A stretch of 63,942 nucleotides of DNA, filler included. It is 4 parts of 4 records of this genome, joined end to end, with 100 filler letters (N's around TTAATTAATTAA, not from the genome) between each part and the next. Parts side by side here need not be neighbours in the genome. Positions count along the whole stretch, not along the records: positions 1 to 26,609 come from SRR20825019_679; positions 26,710 to 43,363 come from SRR20825019_682; 2 more parts are not named here. One strand, given 5' to 3'. How positions within the stretch are numbered: the first letter of the stretch is position 1; every line of letters starts with the position of its first letter. The notes beneath the pieces are model-generated. The model did no database searches. It was not told the DNA's origin and saw nothing but the letters and a program-made list of their open reading frames with translations. A program made the translations under genes and the position numbers. Below are positions 21,526-30,926 of this stretch, piece by piece.

Positions 21526-21720
21526 TTTATGTAATGTGGTTGCTATTAAAATATTTTTAGTTTAACTTTTGAAAAGTGAAAAAAAGAGAGAAAGGGGGAA
21601 TGGAAATTGAAGATAATATTAATTTGTTGACAATAGAACAAGTGCAATCATGATCGCAAAAGGAGTGCGGTTTCAGTGTTTGATAAAATCTATGTTTCGA
21701 TTGTGGTACTTGATAGGCCG

Positions 21721-23739
21721 CTACCAGGTGTTGTGGTAGTAGTTGCGTTGGGAGGCGATGGAGTTGGAATTCGTAGTAAGATGGGTTTCGTGTCGAAATG
21801 GGGAGGGGGATGGTAAATGTGCGAAACCACCACCCCGACCCACTGGGGCCTGACTGACCATCCTATCACGTCGCTGCTGATGGCCTCCTCCATCCAGTGG
21901 GCGTCGGTAGTAGTAGTTACCATTCTCATGTTGGGGGTTGTTGCCATGTCCGTGTTGTTGTTGCTGGGGGTGGTACTGCCCCCTACTGCCGCCACCACCA
22001 TGTCCTCCTCCCCCTCCCATCGTCACGTATGACGAGTGTTGTTGTGCCGGGGCAACAACATCGGCATCATTGTGTGTACTGTGAACGGTATTGTTGTTGA
22101 TGTGGGGTGAGGAGAACGGGTGTTGTTGTTGGTGGTGGTGTTGTAGTGACATGTTATTATGAGCACCACCGAAGGGGGTAGTATGAGGTGGCGGGAATGG
22201 GTAAGCTGACCCACCTCTACTACCCCCTCCCCCAAACACATCGTTGTCAATACTATTATTATTAATATTGGTGTGTGGTGGTGGGTTGGGAAGTAGGGTG
22301 GGATCTAAGTTTAGATTGAATTCAGTGGAAGGGTACGGAACAATAGAGCCGGGGTAGAACCGCTGCTGCTGCTTAAACTGGGGGGATTGGGCACCAAAAA
22401 CATCCGCTGCGGCGTCGGAGCGACTGCCATAGTGTTGTTGATACCCAGGCGATCCCCCTGCATGCTGCTGCTGTTCTTGATAGTTGGTTGTAAAGTTTCC
22501 AGGGAAACCTTGCCCTCCCTGTTTTTGGTGTCGTGCACCATCCACAGGAGGATTGTTGTTGTTGTTGTGAGAAGTATGAGAGATAAAGAACGGATTACCG
22601 GTGTAGGAGGGGTGGAACCCGTTGGGGTCGTCATAGCCACCGGCAACTTCGTGTGGGTGAGGGTTGTAGTTCGTCGTTGTGGCTGGGGGGATGAATGAAG
22701 GAGATGCCACGACGTTGGTGGTGGTGGTAATTGCAGCAGTCTTGTAGTAGTTGCGGCGAGGAGGGGGAGAGGATGGATGAGCATCAGGGGATGTCGTTTC
22801 TTCAGCGGCACGTCGAATACCTCTCATAGGCATCATTGTCGTAGCTCTATTGCCTTTACGAACGGGGGGCCTGCGATACAACTGCTGCTGCGGCTGGTAG
22901 TTGTTGTTGTCGGCTCCTCCGCCATCGATGTGGTGATCACTAGCCTCACCACCGCCCCTCGCAGACTGAATGACAACCGCACCAATGTCGTTGGCATGAT
23001 CCTTTCGCATCCGCTTCAGGCCGCGACCAGGGGCAAGGCCACGGAGGTCGTAGCTGTACTGAAGAGTCTGCGTTGCGGCGTTGTTGTTACCAACCTTAGG
23101 TACATGCTGACGACTGGATCGTCGTCGGGTAGAGGAGCTTGTGGGCTTACTTCCAAGATGCTGGTTACGACGAGTGTTGGTGGTAGGTATCGCCTTCGTG
23201 GAGGTGGTGACCGGAACTGAACGATGCTGGAAATCTGATGAATGATGACGACGAAGAGCTGCTCCTGATGCTGGTGCAGTGTGGTGGTTGGCAGCTTGAA
23301 TACCTTGGACAGGGTGCTGTTGGACTGCTGCGACCCTAGTTGCACGGGACTGACCTCCTCCACTTCCAACCGCCATGGCAGCATTGAAGAAGTCCGCCGA
23401 ATTGTCATCGGAGACTAGAACTGAACGACGAGGAATGTGGGAAGCACCACCTCGATGGTGTTGGTCACTTGAGGAGATGGGTGGACGTTGCCGTTGCTCT
23501 ACTCGAGTGAAGGATCCCCCTGTCCAGCGGTGCATGTGTTTTAGGGTACGAATTCTTTTGAAAAGTGGAGGTGAAAAAGTGGAGGTGGGAGAAAATTGAA
23601 TCTCAATATCAGAATCCAAACACTTGTGCAGTGAGATAGTATAGTCATCAAGTTCAACAACAGTAATCTTATAATCTGTCTACTTCTTACACGAAATGTG
23701 TGTGAGTGTCTCCCATGTTTCATGGCTGTCTCCACACAT
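21721..23739 (-). CDS. Low-complexity Q/H/N/G/P/Y-rich protein; 5' end interrupted by one in-frame TAG (23680-23682)
   Basis: The ORF-track start 23619 is TTG. The frame stays open upstream to a TAG, beyond which is an in-frame aaaaATG at 23739. First ATG downstream of the TAG is 23535. True start unresolved. Confidence 0.55.
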
Positions 23740-23855
23740 TTTTATATCTCCCTCTTTCGCTCTAAAAATGCGAAGGGATGGTAGGGTAGGTAATGTGATA
23801 TGCTGTATGGTATGGTGTTGTGATGCCTCTGCCTCCTCTTGTCCTTGATGTATGG

Positions 23856-26609
23856 TTAGTCGGATGCATTCCCAGTCATCTTGACTACATTGTGAATCAC
23901 CTGTTTGTTGTAAGTAAATGCCACGCAGGCTGGGGTCTCTTGGGGGTCGCTGTCACCCCCCACATCAAGGAGATCCACCTGTGCTGTAGATGGGGATGAT
24001 GGGGTTGTTGTTGTCGATACAAAATCAGAGAGATCTGGTGATTGATACACGATACAATCATCAGTAAGAACACTTAGGGACGATACTGTGCAGGTTGTCT
24101 CAACCTCATCTCCATTCGCTGCGATAGTGGTCGATGTACCAAGCTGCTGGGTGTTGGTTCCGGCCCGTTGCGTCCCAGTGAAGCGGTAAGCAATTGCTGA
24201 GAGTGCAGTGGGAATGTCAAACACAAAGATGAGTGACACAGTGGTGCTTGTGGTGTAGGTATTGGAGTTTTCGTTGGCGTTGGTTGCCATGGCTGCCTGA
24301 TTGTTGGTAATGTGTTGGTGAAGTCGACGAGAGACTCCTCCTCCGGCTCCTGCTGTTGCTCCACTACTTCCTGCTCGATTGGTACTACCGCTTGAGGAGG
24401 ATGGTTGCCCCTCTAACGCCCTAAACTGCCTATCTAGTGCCAACGACGCCCTCACACCACCATCCCCCTGAGAGAAGGTAGCTGGGCTGTTATTGTTATT
24501 GGTGGTAATATCATTGATGCCCTCCAGGGATGTAATGCTGCATCCAGTAGTGTACAGCTCGGGGTCAATAAAAGTCCCCTCCTCATCATACAAATTCACA
24601 AATCCAACTCCTCCACTATTATTTTCTGGAGTTGCGTTTTCCTGGGCAGTATCGGCATCGAGTAGAATTCCTTTCAGGATGTTCTTAAGGCACCTGGATA
24701 CGGTTGCATGTTGGGTGCTCTCAGACGAGCTGTTGGGGAGCGTTACTTGAAGTAGTAGTGTGACGTCTAGCTTGAACACGTACCCAAGGGGCAACACGCA
24801 TCCACCTGCTATAGCCACACATTTAGGTAGCTCCGAGGGTAGTGGCGGCTCCAGTAGGAACATCATGGCACGCTTCATCTCCGTCTTGGCGCGGACGGTG
24901 ACGGAGGCCGTCATGCTGCTTGTCATCGATGCCCGTTGCAGGAATCCCCCAGTAGGTGTAGTAGCGGCCTCAGCGGCCTTCATGGATTGGCTAGAGCTGT
25001 CATAGGAGAGTGATACATCGAAGGATTGGAACTTTAATGCGTTGAGTTGATTTGGGCTCTTTCGGAGCACCATGGGTGATTCCTCCGACGTGAGGGAAAT
25101 AACCTTTAGCAATCCGTGTTGTTGTTGCTGCCCACTTCCACCATCGGCACTATTGATGGTAGAGTTGAGTGCAGCCACGCACATATCGACAGTAGCGCTG
25201 CTTGCGTTCTCTGCGGTGTGGGAGGCGATGATGTGCACCTGTGCTCGCTTTACTCCCACCTGAGTGGATCCTTGTATACAGTAGTTGGCAATTTGAATAC
25301 AACCAAGCCCGCTTTCTGTCATTAATTTGGGCTCATCTAGCAGCACCAATACCTGCATGTTGGCTTGGTACCTCCAGACACATGCGGTACAAGCATCATC
25401 ATCGATGACGGCTGCCACCTCATTATCATACTCTCTGTGGAAGCCTACAGCGGCTTGGAAGTCTTCCTCGGTGTGGTATGCCGAAACATCTAAGTACGGC
25501 CGTAGAATCGAAACGGATCGAATCCCAAAGATTCTCTGACCCTTTCCATCGAAGAAGCGAAGTCCGCTCAGACCAACGAAGTGAGAGTCCCCCCAGGTGC
25601 TCTGGATGGTGACGACGGCTGCGACCACGTTCCTGGGGCAGTCCTCTGGGTAGGCTGGAGTTGGGAAGTCGTTAGTAGTGCTGCGAGAGGATAACGAGCT
25701 GCGACGCCTCTGTGTAGTAGTACCAGCAGCATTAGGACCACCACCACTCTTGACCTTTGAGAGGGCGCCAGGAGCAAAGGAGACACTCTTAGCAGCAACT
25801 GGCTGCTTCTTCTCTCGTTGCTTTTTGACAGTTGGAGACTCGCACGAAAGTGGTCCGGAATGGGGGGATCGAACCCCGGGAGACACGGGGTCGAATTGGC
25901 CGCTATTTTGTTGGTTGAAAGACCGCATAAGAGCTCCCTCTTGCTCAAGCATAGCCTCTAGTTCCTTTTCGGCTTCAGTGTCGTTTTGTGAGACGATTGT
26001 GGCGAGTACAGTCGCATCCTCCTCAGAGGCAAATAGTATATTTTCTGGGGGATTCTTACAGTTTCCAGTCGCACGGGCGATTTCACCAGAGAAGAGAACC
26101 CGATTGTCCTGGTCCTGGATCTGAAGTTGCCGGACCCCCTTCGCAATGTGAGTACGGCCTGCATTGTAGTTATAGATACGAATCAGACTGACGCTGATTT
26201 CATGCCGGAAAGTAATCCAAATTACATTCTCCTCGTTAGTAGACGTAGTAGTTGTTGTAGTAGTGTTGGTGGGTGGTGGGCTAGTAGTTGTTGTGTGGTG
26301 GCGGTGGTACGGCATTCTGAACATCTCCTTCATACCGGTTACGCCCTTTTTGGTCCTGCTTCCCTGGGAACTTCCCGAGGTGATAGTACGGGCATTGGAG
26401 AACTCCGCAGCTCCAACAACGCAGCTCTCTCTGAGGAAGTTAGGGAGAGCAGAGGGGGGGTCCGAGGTCTGACCAGTGGCAGCAGTTCCTGCAGCAAGGT
26501 CGAATGTAGTTTGGACAGAGAAGCCGTCCTTGTGGTGTCCTCGGAGGGGTCCACCAGTCATTCCAGGCACCACCCTGCGGCCCTCTCCATCGTAGACCTC
26601 AATACCACA
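23856..26609 (-). CDS. KATNIP: Katanin-interacting protein (KIAA0556/DUF4457 repeats), 5'-truncated at contig end
   Basis: Frame open to the contig edge (CGIEVYDGEG..); SLIRIYNYN..RTHIAKGVR, LFSGEIARATG, IQSTWGDSHFVGLSGLRFFD and LPLGYVFKL are DUF4457 motifs. Confidence 0.8.
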   Translation of the reverse strand, partial: CGIEVYDGEGRRVVPGMTGGPLRGHHKDGFSVQTTFDLAAGTAATGQTSDPPSALPNFLRESCVVGAAEFSNARTITSGSSQGSRTKKGVTGMKEMFRMPYHRHHTTTTSPPPTNTTTTTTTSTNEENVIWITFRHEISVSLIRIYNYNAGRTHIAKGVRQLQIQDQDNRVLFSGEIARATGNCKNPPENILFASEEDATVLATIVSQNDTEAEKELEAMLEQEGALMRSFNQQNSGQFDPVSPGVRSPHSGPLSCESPTVKKQREKKQPVAAKSVSFAPGALSKVKSGGGPNAAGTTTQRRRSSLSSRSTTNDFPTPAYPEDCPRNVVAAVVTIQSTWGDSHFVGLSGLRFFDGKGQRIFGIRSVSILRPYLDVSAYHTEEDFQAAVGFHREYDNEVAAVIDDDACTACVWRYQANMQVLVLLDEPKLMTESGLGCIQIANYCIQGSTQVGVKRAQVHIIASHTAENASSATVDMCVAALNSTINSADGGSGQQQQHGLLKVISLTSEESPMVLRKSPNQLNALKFQSFDVSLSYDSSSQSMKAAEAATTPTGGFLQRASMTSSMTASVTVRAKTEMKRAMMFLLEPPLPSELPKCVAIAGGCVLPLGYVFKLDVTLLLQVTLPNSSSESTQHATVSRCLKNILKGILLDADTAQENATPENNSGGVGFVNLYDEEGTFIDPELYTTGCSITSLEGINDITTNNNNSPATFSQGDGGVRASLALDRQFRALEGQPSSSSGSTNRAGSSGATAGAGGGVSRRLHQHITNNQAAMATNANENSNTYTTSTTVSLIFVFDIPTALSAIAYRFTGTQRAGTNTQQLGTSTTIAANGDEVETTCTVSSLSVLTDDCIVYQSPDLSDFVSTTTTPSSPSTAQVDLLDVGGDSDPQETPACVAFTYNKQVIHNVVKMTGNASD

Positions 26610-26709
26610 NNNNNNNNNNNNNNNNNNNNNNNNNNNNNNNNNNNNNNNNNNNNTTAATTAATTAANNNNNNNNNNNNNNNNNNNNNNNNNNNNNNNNNNN
26701 NNNNNNNNN
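26610..26709. other. Artificial contig spacer
   Basis: 44 N + TTAATTAATTAA (stops in all six frames) + 44 N; composition and gene type change abruptly across it. Confidence 0.98.
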
Positions 26710-26851
26710 TGCCCGAGCCGCTTTCGCCCACCACGGCCAGGGTCTCCCCCGCCCGCAGGTCGAAATTCATCTCGCGCACGGCCTGCACCTCGGTATCGTG
26801 CAAGGCGAAGGTGACCGACAGGTCCTGGATGGAAAGTACAAAATCGGACAT
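26710..26851 (-). CDS. oppD: Oligopeptide ABC transporter ATP-binding subunit, 3'-truncated
   Basis: MSDFVLSIQDLSVTF..GETLAVVGESGSG (Walker A start), directly after oppC. Confidence 0.88.
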
Positions 26852-26852
26852 G

Positions 26853-27773
26853 TCAGCGGTCCTTGGGGTCGAGCGCGTCGCGCAGCCCGTCGCCGACATA
26901 GGTCAGGCAGAACAGCAGCGACACCAGAATGATGCCGGGATAGATCAGCATCCAGGGCGTCACCTCGGCCACCGGCGCACCGGTGGAAATCAGCGTGCCC
27001 AGCGAGGTCTGGGGTTCCTGGATACCCAGGCCCAGATAAGAGAGGAAACTCTCCACGATGATGATCTCGGGAATGGTCAGCGTGGCATAGATCACCACCG
27101 GCCCCGTCAGATTGGGCACAATGTGCCGGAAGATGATGGTCCAGGGCTTGGCACCGCCCGCCCGGGCCGCTTCCACGAATTCCTTTTCCTTGAGCGTCAG
27201 CGTCTGGCCGCGCACGATGCGGGCCATGGTCAGCCATTCGATCGCCCCGATGCCCACAAACAGCAGGATCGGGTTGCGGCCGAAGATCACCACCAGGATG
27301 ATGACGAACAGGATATAGGGCAGCGCATAGAGCATATCGACGATACGCATCATCACCGCATCGACCCGGCCGCCGAAATAGCCGGCAATGGCGCCATAGG
27401 CGATGCCGATCACCACCGATACGGTGGTGGCCACCAGCGCCACGATCAGGCTCATCTGCGTGCCGAACATGGTGCGGGCCAACAGGTCCCGGCCATTATG
27501 GTCGGTGCCGAAATAGTGCCCGGCCTCGAAATCGGGGGGCTTGCGGATGCCGGCCCAGTCAACCTCGGAATAGCCCCAGGGTACGAAATAGGGACCCACA
27601 AAGGCGAACAGCACAATGGCGGCCAGCACGAACAGCGACACCATGGCGGCCTTGTTGGCCAGCATGCGCCGGATCGCATCATCGGTCAGCGAGCGGCCCT
27701 TGGGCGCCTTGAGCGTGCTCAGCTTTTCCGCATAGCGGGTGAGCACCTCGTCTTTTTGTGTCAACCCGGCCAT
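26853..27773 (-). CDS. oppC: Oligopeptide ABC transporter permease
   Basis: HYFGTDHNGRDLLAR, EFVEAARAGGA (EAA loop), ESFLSYLGLG, GDGLRDALDPK. Confidence 0.95.
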   Translation of the reverse strand: MAGLTQKDEVLTRYAEKLSTLKAPKGRSLTDDAIRRMLANKAAMVSLFVLAAIVLFAFVGPYFVPWGYSEVDWAGIRKPPDFEAGHYFGTDHNGRDLLARTMFGTQMSLIVALVATTVSVVIGIAYGAIAGYFGGRVDAVMMRIVDMLYALPYILFVIILVVIFGRNPILLFVGIGAIEWLTMARIVRGQTLTLKEKEFVEAARAGGAKPWTIIFRHIVPNLTGPVVIYATLTIPEIIIVESFLSYLGLGIQEPQTSLGTLISTGAPVAEVTPWMLIYPGIILVSLLFCLTYVGDGLRDALDPKDR

Positions 27774-28696
27774 CAGCGGTACCTCACCTTGGGATCGAGC
27801 CAGGCATAGACGAGGTCCACGATCAGATTGAGCGCAATGATCAGCAGCATGTAGAAGAGCGTCGTGCCCAGCACCATGCCGTAGTCGCGATTAAGAGCGG
27901 CCTGAATGAAGTAGCGGCCGATGCCGGGCAGGCCGAAAATCTGTTCGACCACCAGCGAGCCGGTGAGCAGATAGGACAGGCCAGGCCCCAGATAGCTGAC
28001 CACGGGGATCAGGGCCGGCTTGATGGCATGCCGCGCCAGCACCAGCCGTTCGCCCAGCCCCTTGGAACGGGCGGTCCGCACATAATTGGTGCCCAGCGTC
28101 TCGATCATCGAGCCCCGCATCAGCCGCGAAATGCGCGCCGCATGGGCCCAGGAGAGCACAGCTACGGGCAACACCAGATGCGCCCAGCTCCCCGGCACCC
28201 AGCCGCCCGCCGGCAGCCAGCGCAGATAGACGCCGAACCAGAGCTGAAGCAGTGCGCCGATGAGGAAATTGGGGACGATCACGCCGATCATCACCACCAG
28301 CACCAGCATATAATCTGGCCACTTGTTCTTGTAGACGGCTGCGATCATCCCGGTGATCACGCCGATCGCGGTCGCAATCACGAAGGCGGTCAGCCCCAAT
28401 TGCAGCGAAAACGGCATGCCGATCGCCATCAACTCGGACACCGAGAAGTCGTAGGACGACATGGACGGGCCCAGATCCCCGCGCAGCACGCCGCCGATAT
28501 AGAGCAGGTACTGCATGAACAGGGGCTGATCGAGATTGTAATAGGCGCGGACATTGGCCAGCACTTCGGGCGGAAGCGGCCGGTCGGAGTCGAACGGCCC
28601 ACCCGGGGCAGCGCGCAGGATGAAGAAGCAGACAGTAACGGCGATAAAGGCGATCGGCAGCGCCGAAAGCACGCGCCGCGTTGCATAGCGCAGCAT
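27773..28696 (-). CDS. oppB: Oligopeptide ABC transporter permease
   Basis: PGGPF, GDLGPS, YVRTARSKGL, LNRDY, LDPKVRY; start set at MLRYATRR. Confidence 0.95.
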   Translation of the reverse strand: MLRYATRRVLSALPIAFIAVTVCFFILRAAPGGPFDSDRPLPPEVLANVRAYYNLDQPLFMQYLLYIGGVLRGDLGPSMSSYDFSVSELMAIGMPFSLQLGLTAFVIATAIGVITGMIAAVYKNKWPDYMLVLVVMIGVIVPNFLIGALLQLWFGVYLRWLPAGGWVPGSWAHLVLPVAVLSWAHAARISRLMRGSMIETLGTNYVRTARSKGLGERLVLARHAIKPALIPVVSYLGPGLSYLLTGSLVVEQIFGLPGIGRYFIQAALNRDYGMVLGTTLFYMLLIIALNLIVDLVYAWLDPKVRYR

Positions 28697-28828
28697 TTTC
28701 TTTAGGGACCTGAGCGAGCAAACCAACACGGCCACTGGCTGTCGGCTGGATCTGCTCTCGAATAATCTAAAACGTACGAACCCGTACAGCGGTCACCGGC
28801 ACTGTCGATAGATCGCACCATGCCGGAG

Positions 28829-28864
28829 AAGAAAGAGTCCGGCCGCCCGTTGGGGCGACCGGAC
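28829..28864 (-). terminator. Stem-loop after oppA (intrinsic terminator or mRNA stabiliser)
   Basis: GTCCGGTCGCCC-CAAC-GGGCGGCCGGAC followed by TCTTTCTT on the minus strand. Confidence 0.7.
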
Positions 28865-28879
28865 CGAAGACCAGTCCGA

Positions 28880-30454
28880 TTACTCGGACTTGCTCAACCA
28901 GCGGGTGCGATGCACGTCACGGGCATTGGGGACGAAGCCCTCGATGCGGTCCGCAACGGCATTACGCGACACATAGAAGGCCAGCGGCAGGGCCGCATAG
29001 TCTTCCATGGCGATGGTTTCGGCCTGGGCCAGAATCTCGGCGCGGGCCTCAAGATCGAGCTCGGTAGCCGAGTCACGCAGCAACTGGTCGAACTCAGGGT
29101 TGTTGTAGCGACCATAATTGTACTGGATGTCGCTACGTAGCAGTTCGAGCATGTTGATCGGATCGTTGTAGTCCATCAGCCAACCGGCACGGCCGATCGA
29201 GTCGAAGTCATTGTTCTGCAGTGCATCATAGTGCACGGCCACTTCGGCATTGGACAGCTCGGTGGTGACGTGGATCTGCTCCCACATCGAGGAAATCGCC
29301 ACCGCAAGGCGCTGGTGATTGTCGTTGGTGTTGTAGTTGATGGTCAACTGCAGCGGATTGTCTGCCGAGTAACCGGCCGCTTCCATCAGCGCGCGGGCTT
29401 CTTCAACGCGCTCGCCATAAGGCATGTCGGCCCAGTCATAGCGGAAAGCGTCATCGACATAGTTTGCAGTACCCGTCGGCACCCACGAATAGGCGGCCAC
29501 TTCGCCCGTGCCCCACAGATCGGGGCCGATCACTTCACGATTGATCGCCATCGAGATCGCCTTGCGGACATTGACGTCCTGCAGCTTCTCGGCGGTCTGG
29601 TTCATCACGTAGTAGTGCACGCCCTGGAAGGCTGCGACGGCAGCGTCGTCACCAAGGGCTGTCACCTGATCGGCCGGGAAGTCGGTCAGGATATCGAATT
29701 CGCCGGCACGGTAGCGGTTGACCGCAGCGGTCAGGTCATCGAGCGCGTAGTACATGACCTCTTCGATCTGTACGTTCTCAGCGTCGTGATAGCTCTCGGA
29801 CTTCACAGCCTTGATGTGCGAACCGGGCACCCATTCGGTCGGTGTGTAAGGACCATTGCCAACGATGTTCTCGGGCTGGATCCAGTCATCGCCGAACTCT
29901 TCAACCACGTGCTGCGGCACGGGATAGGCGGTGTAGTGGGTCAGGGCGCCCAGGAAGAACGGCGCCGGATTTTCCAGCGTGATCTCAAGCGTCTTGTCGT
30001 CGATCGCGGCAACACCGAGCTCGCTCAGTTCCATGTCGCCGGCATTGACGGCCTCGGCATTCTTGATCGGGTACTGCAGATAGGCGTAGCCGGCTGCGGT
30101 TTCCGGATTCATCAGGCGCTGGAAGGCGAAAACGAAATCACCGGCAGTCACCGGCTCGCCATCGGACCACACCGAATCTTCGCGGATCTTGAAGGTATAG
30201 ACCAGGCCATCCTCGGAAACTTCGTAGGACTCGGCAGCACCCAGGATCGGCGCGCCTTCGGCGTCTTCGGTCATCAGGCCTTCGATATAGTCGCCGACAA
30301 TCCGGTTTTCCCAGTCGCCGGAAACGCGATGCGGATCGAGCGAAGCGGGTTCGCCACCATTCATCATGTGCAGTGTCTGTGCCTGCACGGCGCCGAAGCT
30401 CAAGCTGAACACGCTGGCCAGCGCAACGGCCTTAAGGGCTGTTGTGAATTTCAT
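28880..30454 (-). CDS. oppA: Oligopeptide ABC transporter substrate-binding protein (family 5)
   Basis: Signal peptide ending AVQA; EPASLDPH, DGLVYTFKIR..WSDGEPVTAGDF, RAGWLMDYNDP. Confidence 0.95.
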   Translation of the reverse strand: MKFTTALKAVALASVFSLSFGAVQAQTLHMMNGGEPASLDPHRVSGDWENRIVGDYIEGLMTEDAEGAPILGAAESYEVSEDGLVYTFKIREDSVWSDGEPVTAGDFVFAFQRLMNPETAAGYAYLQYPIKNAEAVNAGDMELSELGVAAIDDKTLEITLENPAPFFLGALTHYTAYPVPQHVVEEFGDDWIQPENIVGNGPYTPTEWVPGSHIKAVKSESYHDAENVQIEEVMYYALDDLTAAVNRYRAGEFDILTDFPADQVTALGDDAAVAAFQGVHYYVMNQTAEKLQDVNVRKAISMAINREVIGPDLWGTGEVAAYSWVPTGTANYVDDAFRYDWADMPYGERVEEARALMEAAGYSADNPLQLTINYNTNDNHQRLAVAISSMWEQIHVTTELSNAEVAVHYDALQNNDFDSIGRAGWLMDYNDPINMLELLRSDIQYNYGRYNNPEFDQLLRDSATELDLEARAEILAQAETIAMEDYAALPLAFYVSRNAVADRIEGFVPNARDVHRTRWLSKSE

Positions 30455-30604
30455 TATCGTCCCATCTCCTTGTGGAATTCTTCGCGTTTCTCTGACTGGC
30501 CGCCTTTGACGTCGGGCAGCTCATTCTTCTTCGCCGCCAGGCAGGGCCCGGCGAGCAAGATGGTGGACGGTATTACGCATATCCGTCCACTGACAAGCAA
30601 AAGA

Positions 30605-30620
30605 TTGACCTAAACGTCAT
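30605..30620. promoter_or_regulatory. LiuR-like box upstream of oppA
   Basis: TTGACCTAAACGTCAT, two arm mismatches to the TTGACG-N4-CGTCAA palindrome seen at 36958. Confidence 0.45.
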
Positions 30621-30767
30621 CGGGCGGTCGATTGTGAATATCCTGTTTCCATGGCGCTGGGAGGCATGAAATTTTGCCGGATAAGGCAATGATGGATTCA
30701 GATACTACGGCGTCCGGATCAATCTTCGGCACGCGCAAGCGCGTGCTAATTGGCCGCATCGCAGCGG

Positions 30768-30926
30768 TCAGCCCGGCTGCACGCCGCCCTGCACAAAAAA
30801 GATGATGAGGGCCACCCCGACCAGGACGGCAAAGGGCACCCAGCCCGGCAAGGGGCCGCGCGGTTTCTTGACGGGCGGCTCGGGCTTCTTCTCGGGCCGC
30901 TGGAATTTGATGACATTGTCGCTCAT
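30768..30926 (-). CDS. Small (52 aa) membrane protein coupled to fadI
   Basis: MSDNVIKFQRPEKKPEPPVKKPRG followed by a hydrophobic helix; ATGA overlap with the thiolase stop. Confidence 0.75.
   Translation of the reverse strand: MSDNVIKFQRPEKKPEPPVKKPRGPLPGWVPFAVLVGVALIIFFVQGGVQPG

Noticed and set aside
1..26609. Genome-wide stop-codon reassignment (Blastocrithidia-like)
   Set aside because: Long ORFs are open in the standard code, and TAA, TAG and TGA all end genes; only one internal TAG was seen.
26610..26709. Bacteria-to-kinetoplastid gene transfer junction or TTAA transposon target site
   Set aside because: The same N-flanked linker recurs three times, and genes on both sides are cut mid-frame; it is artificial.
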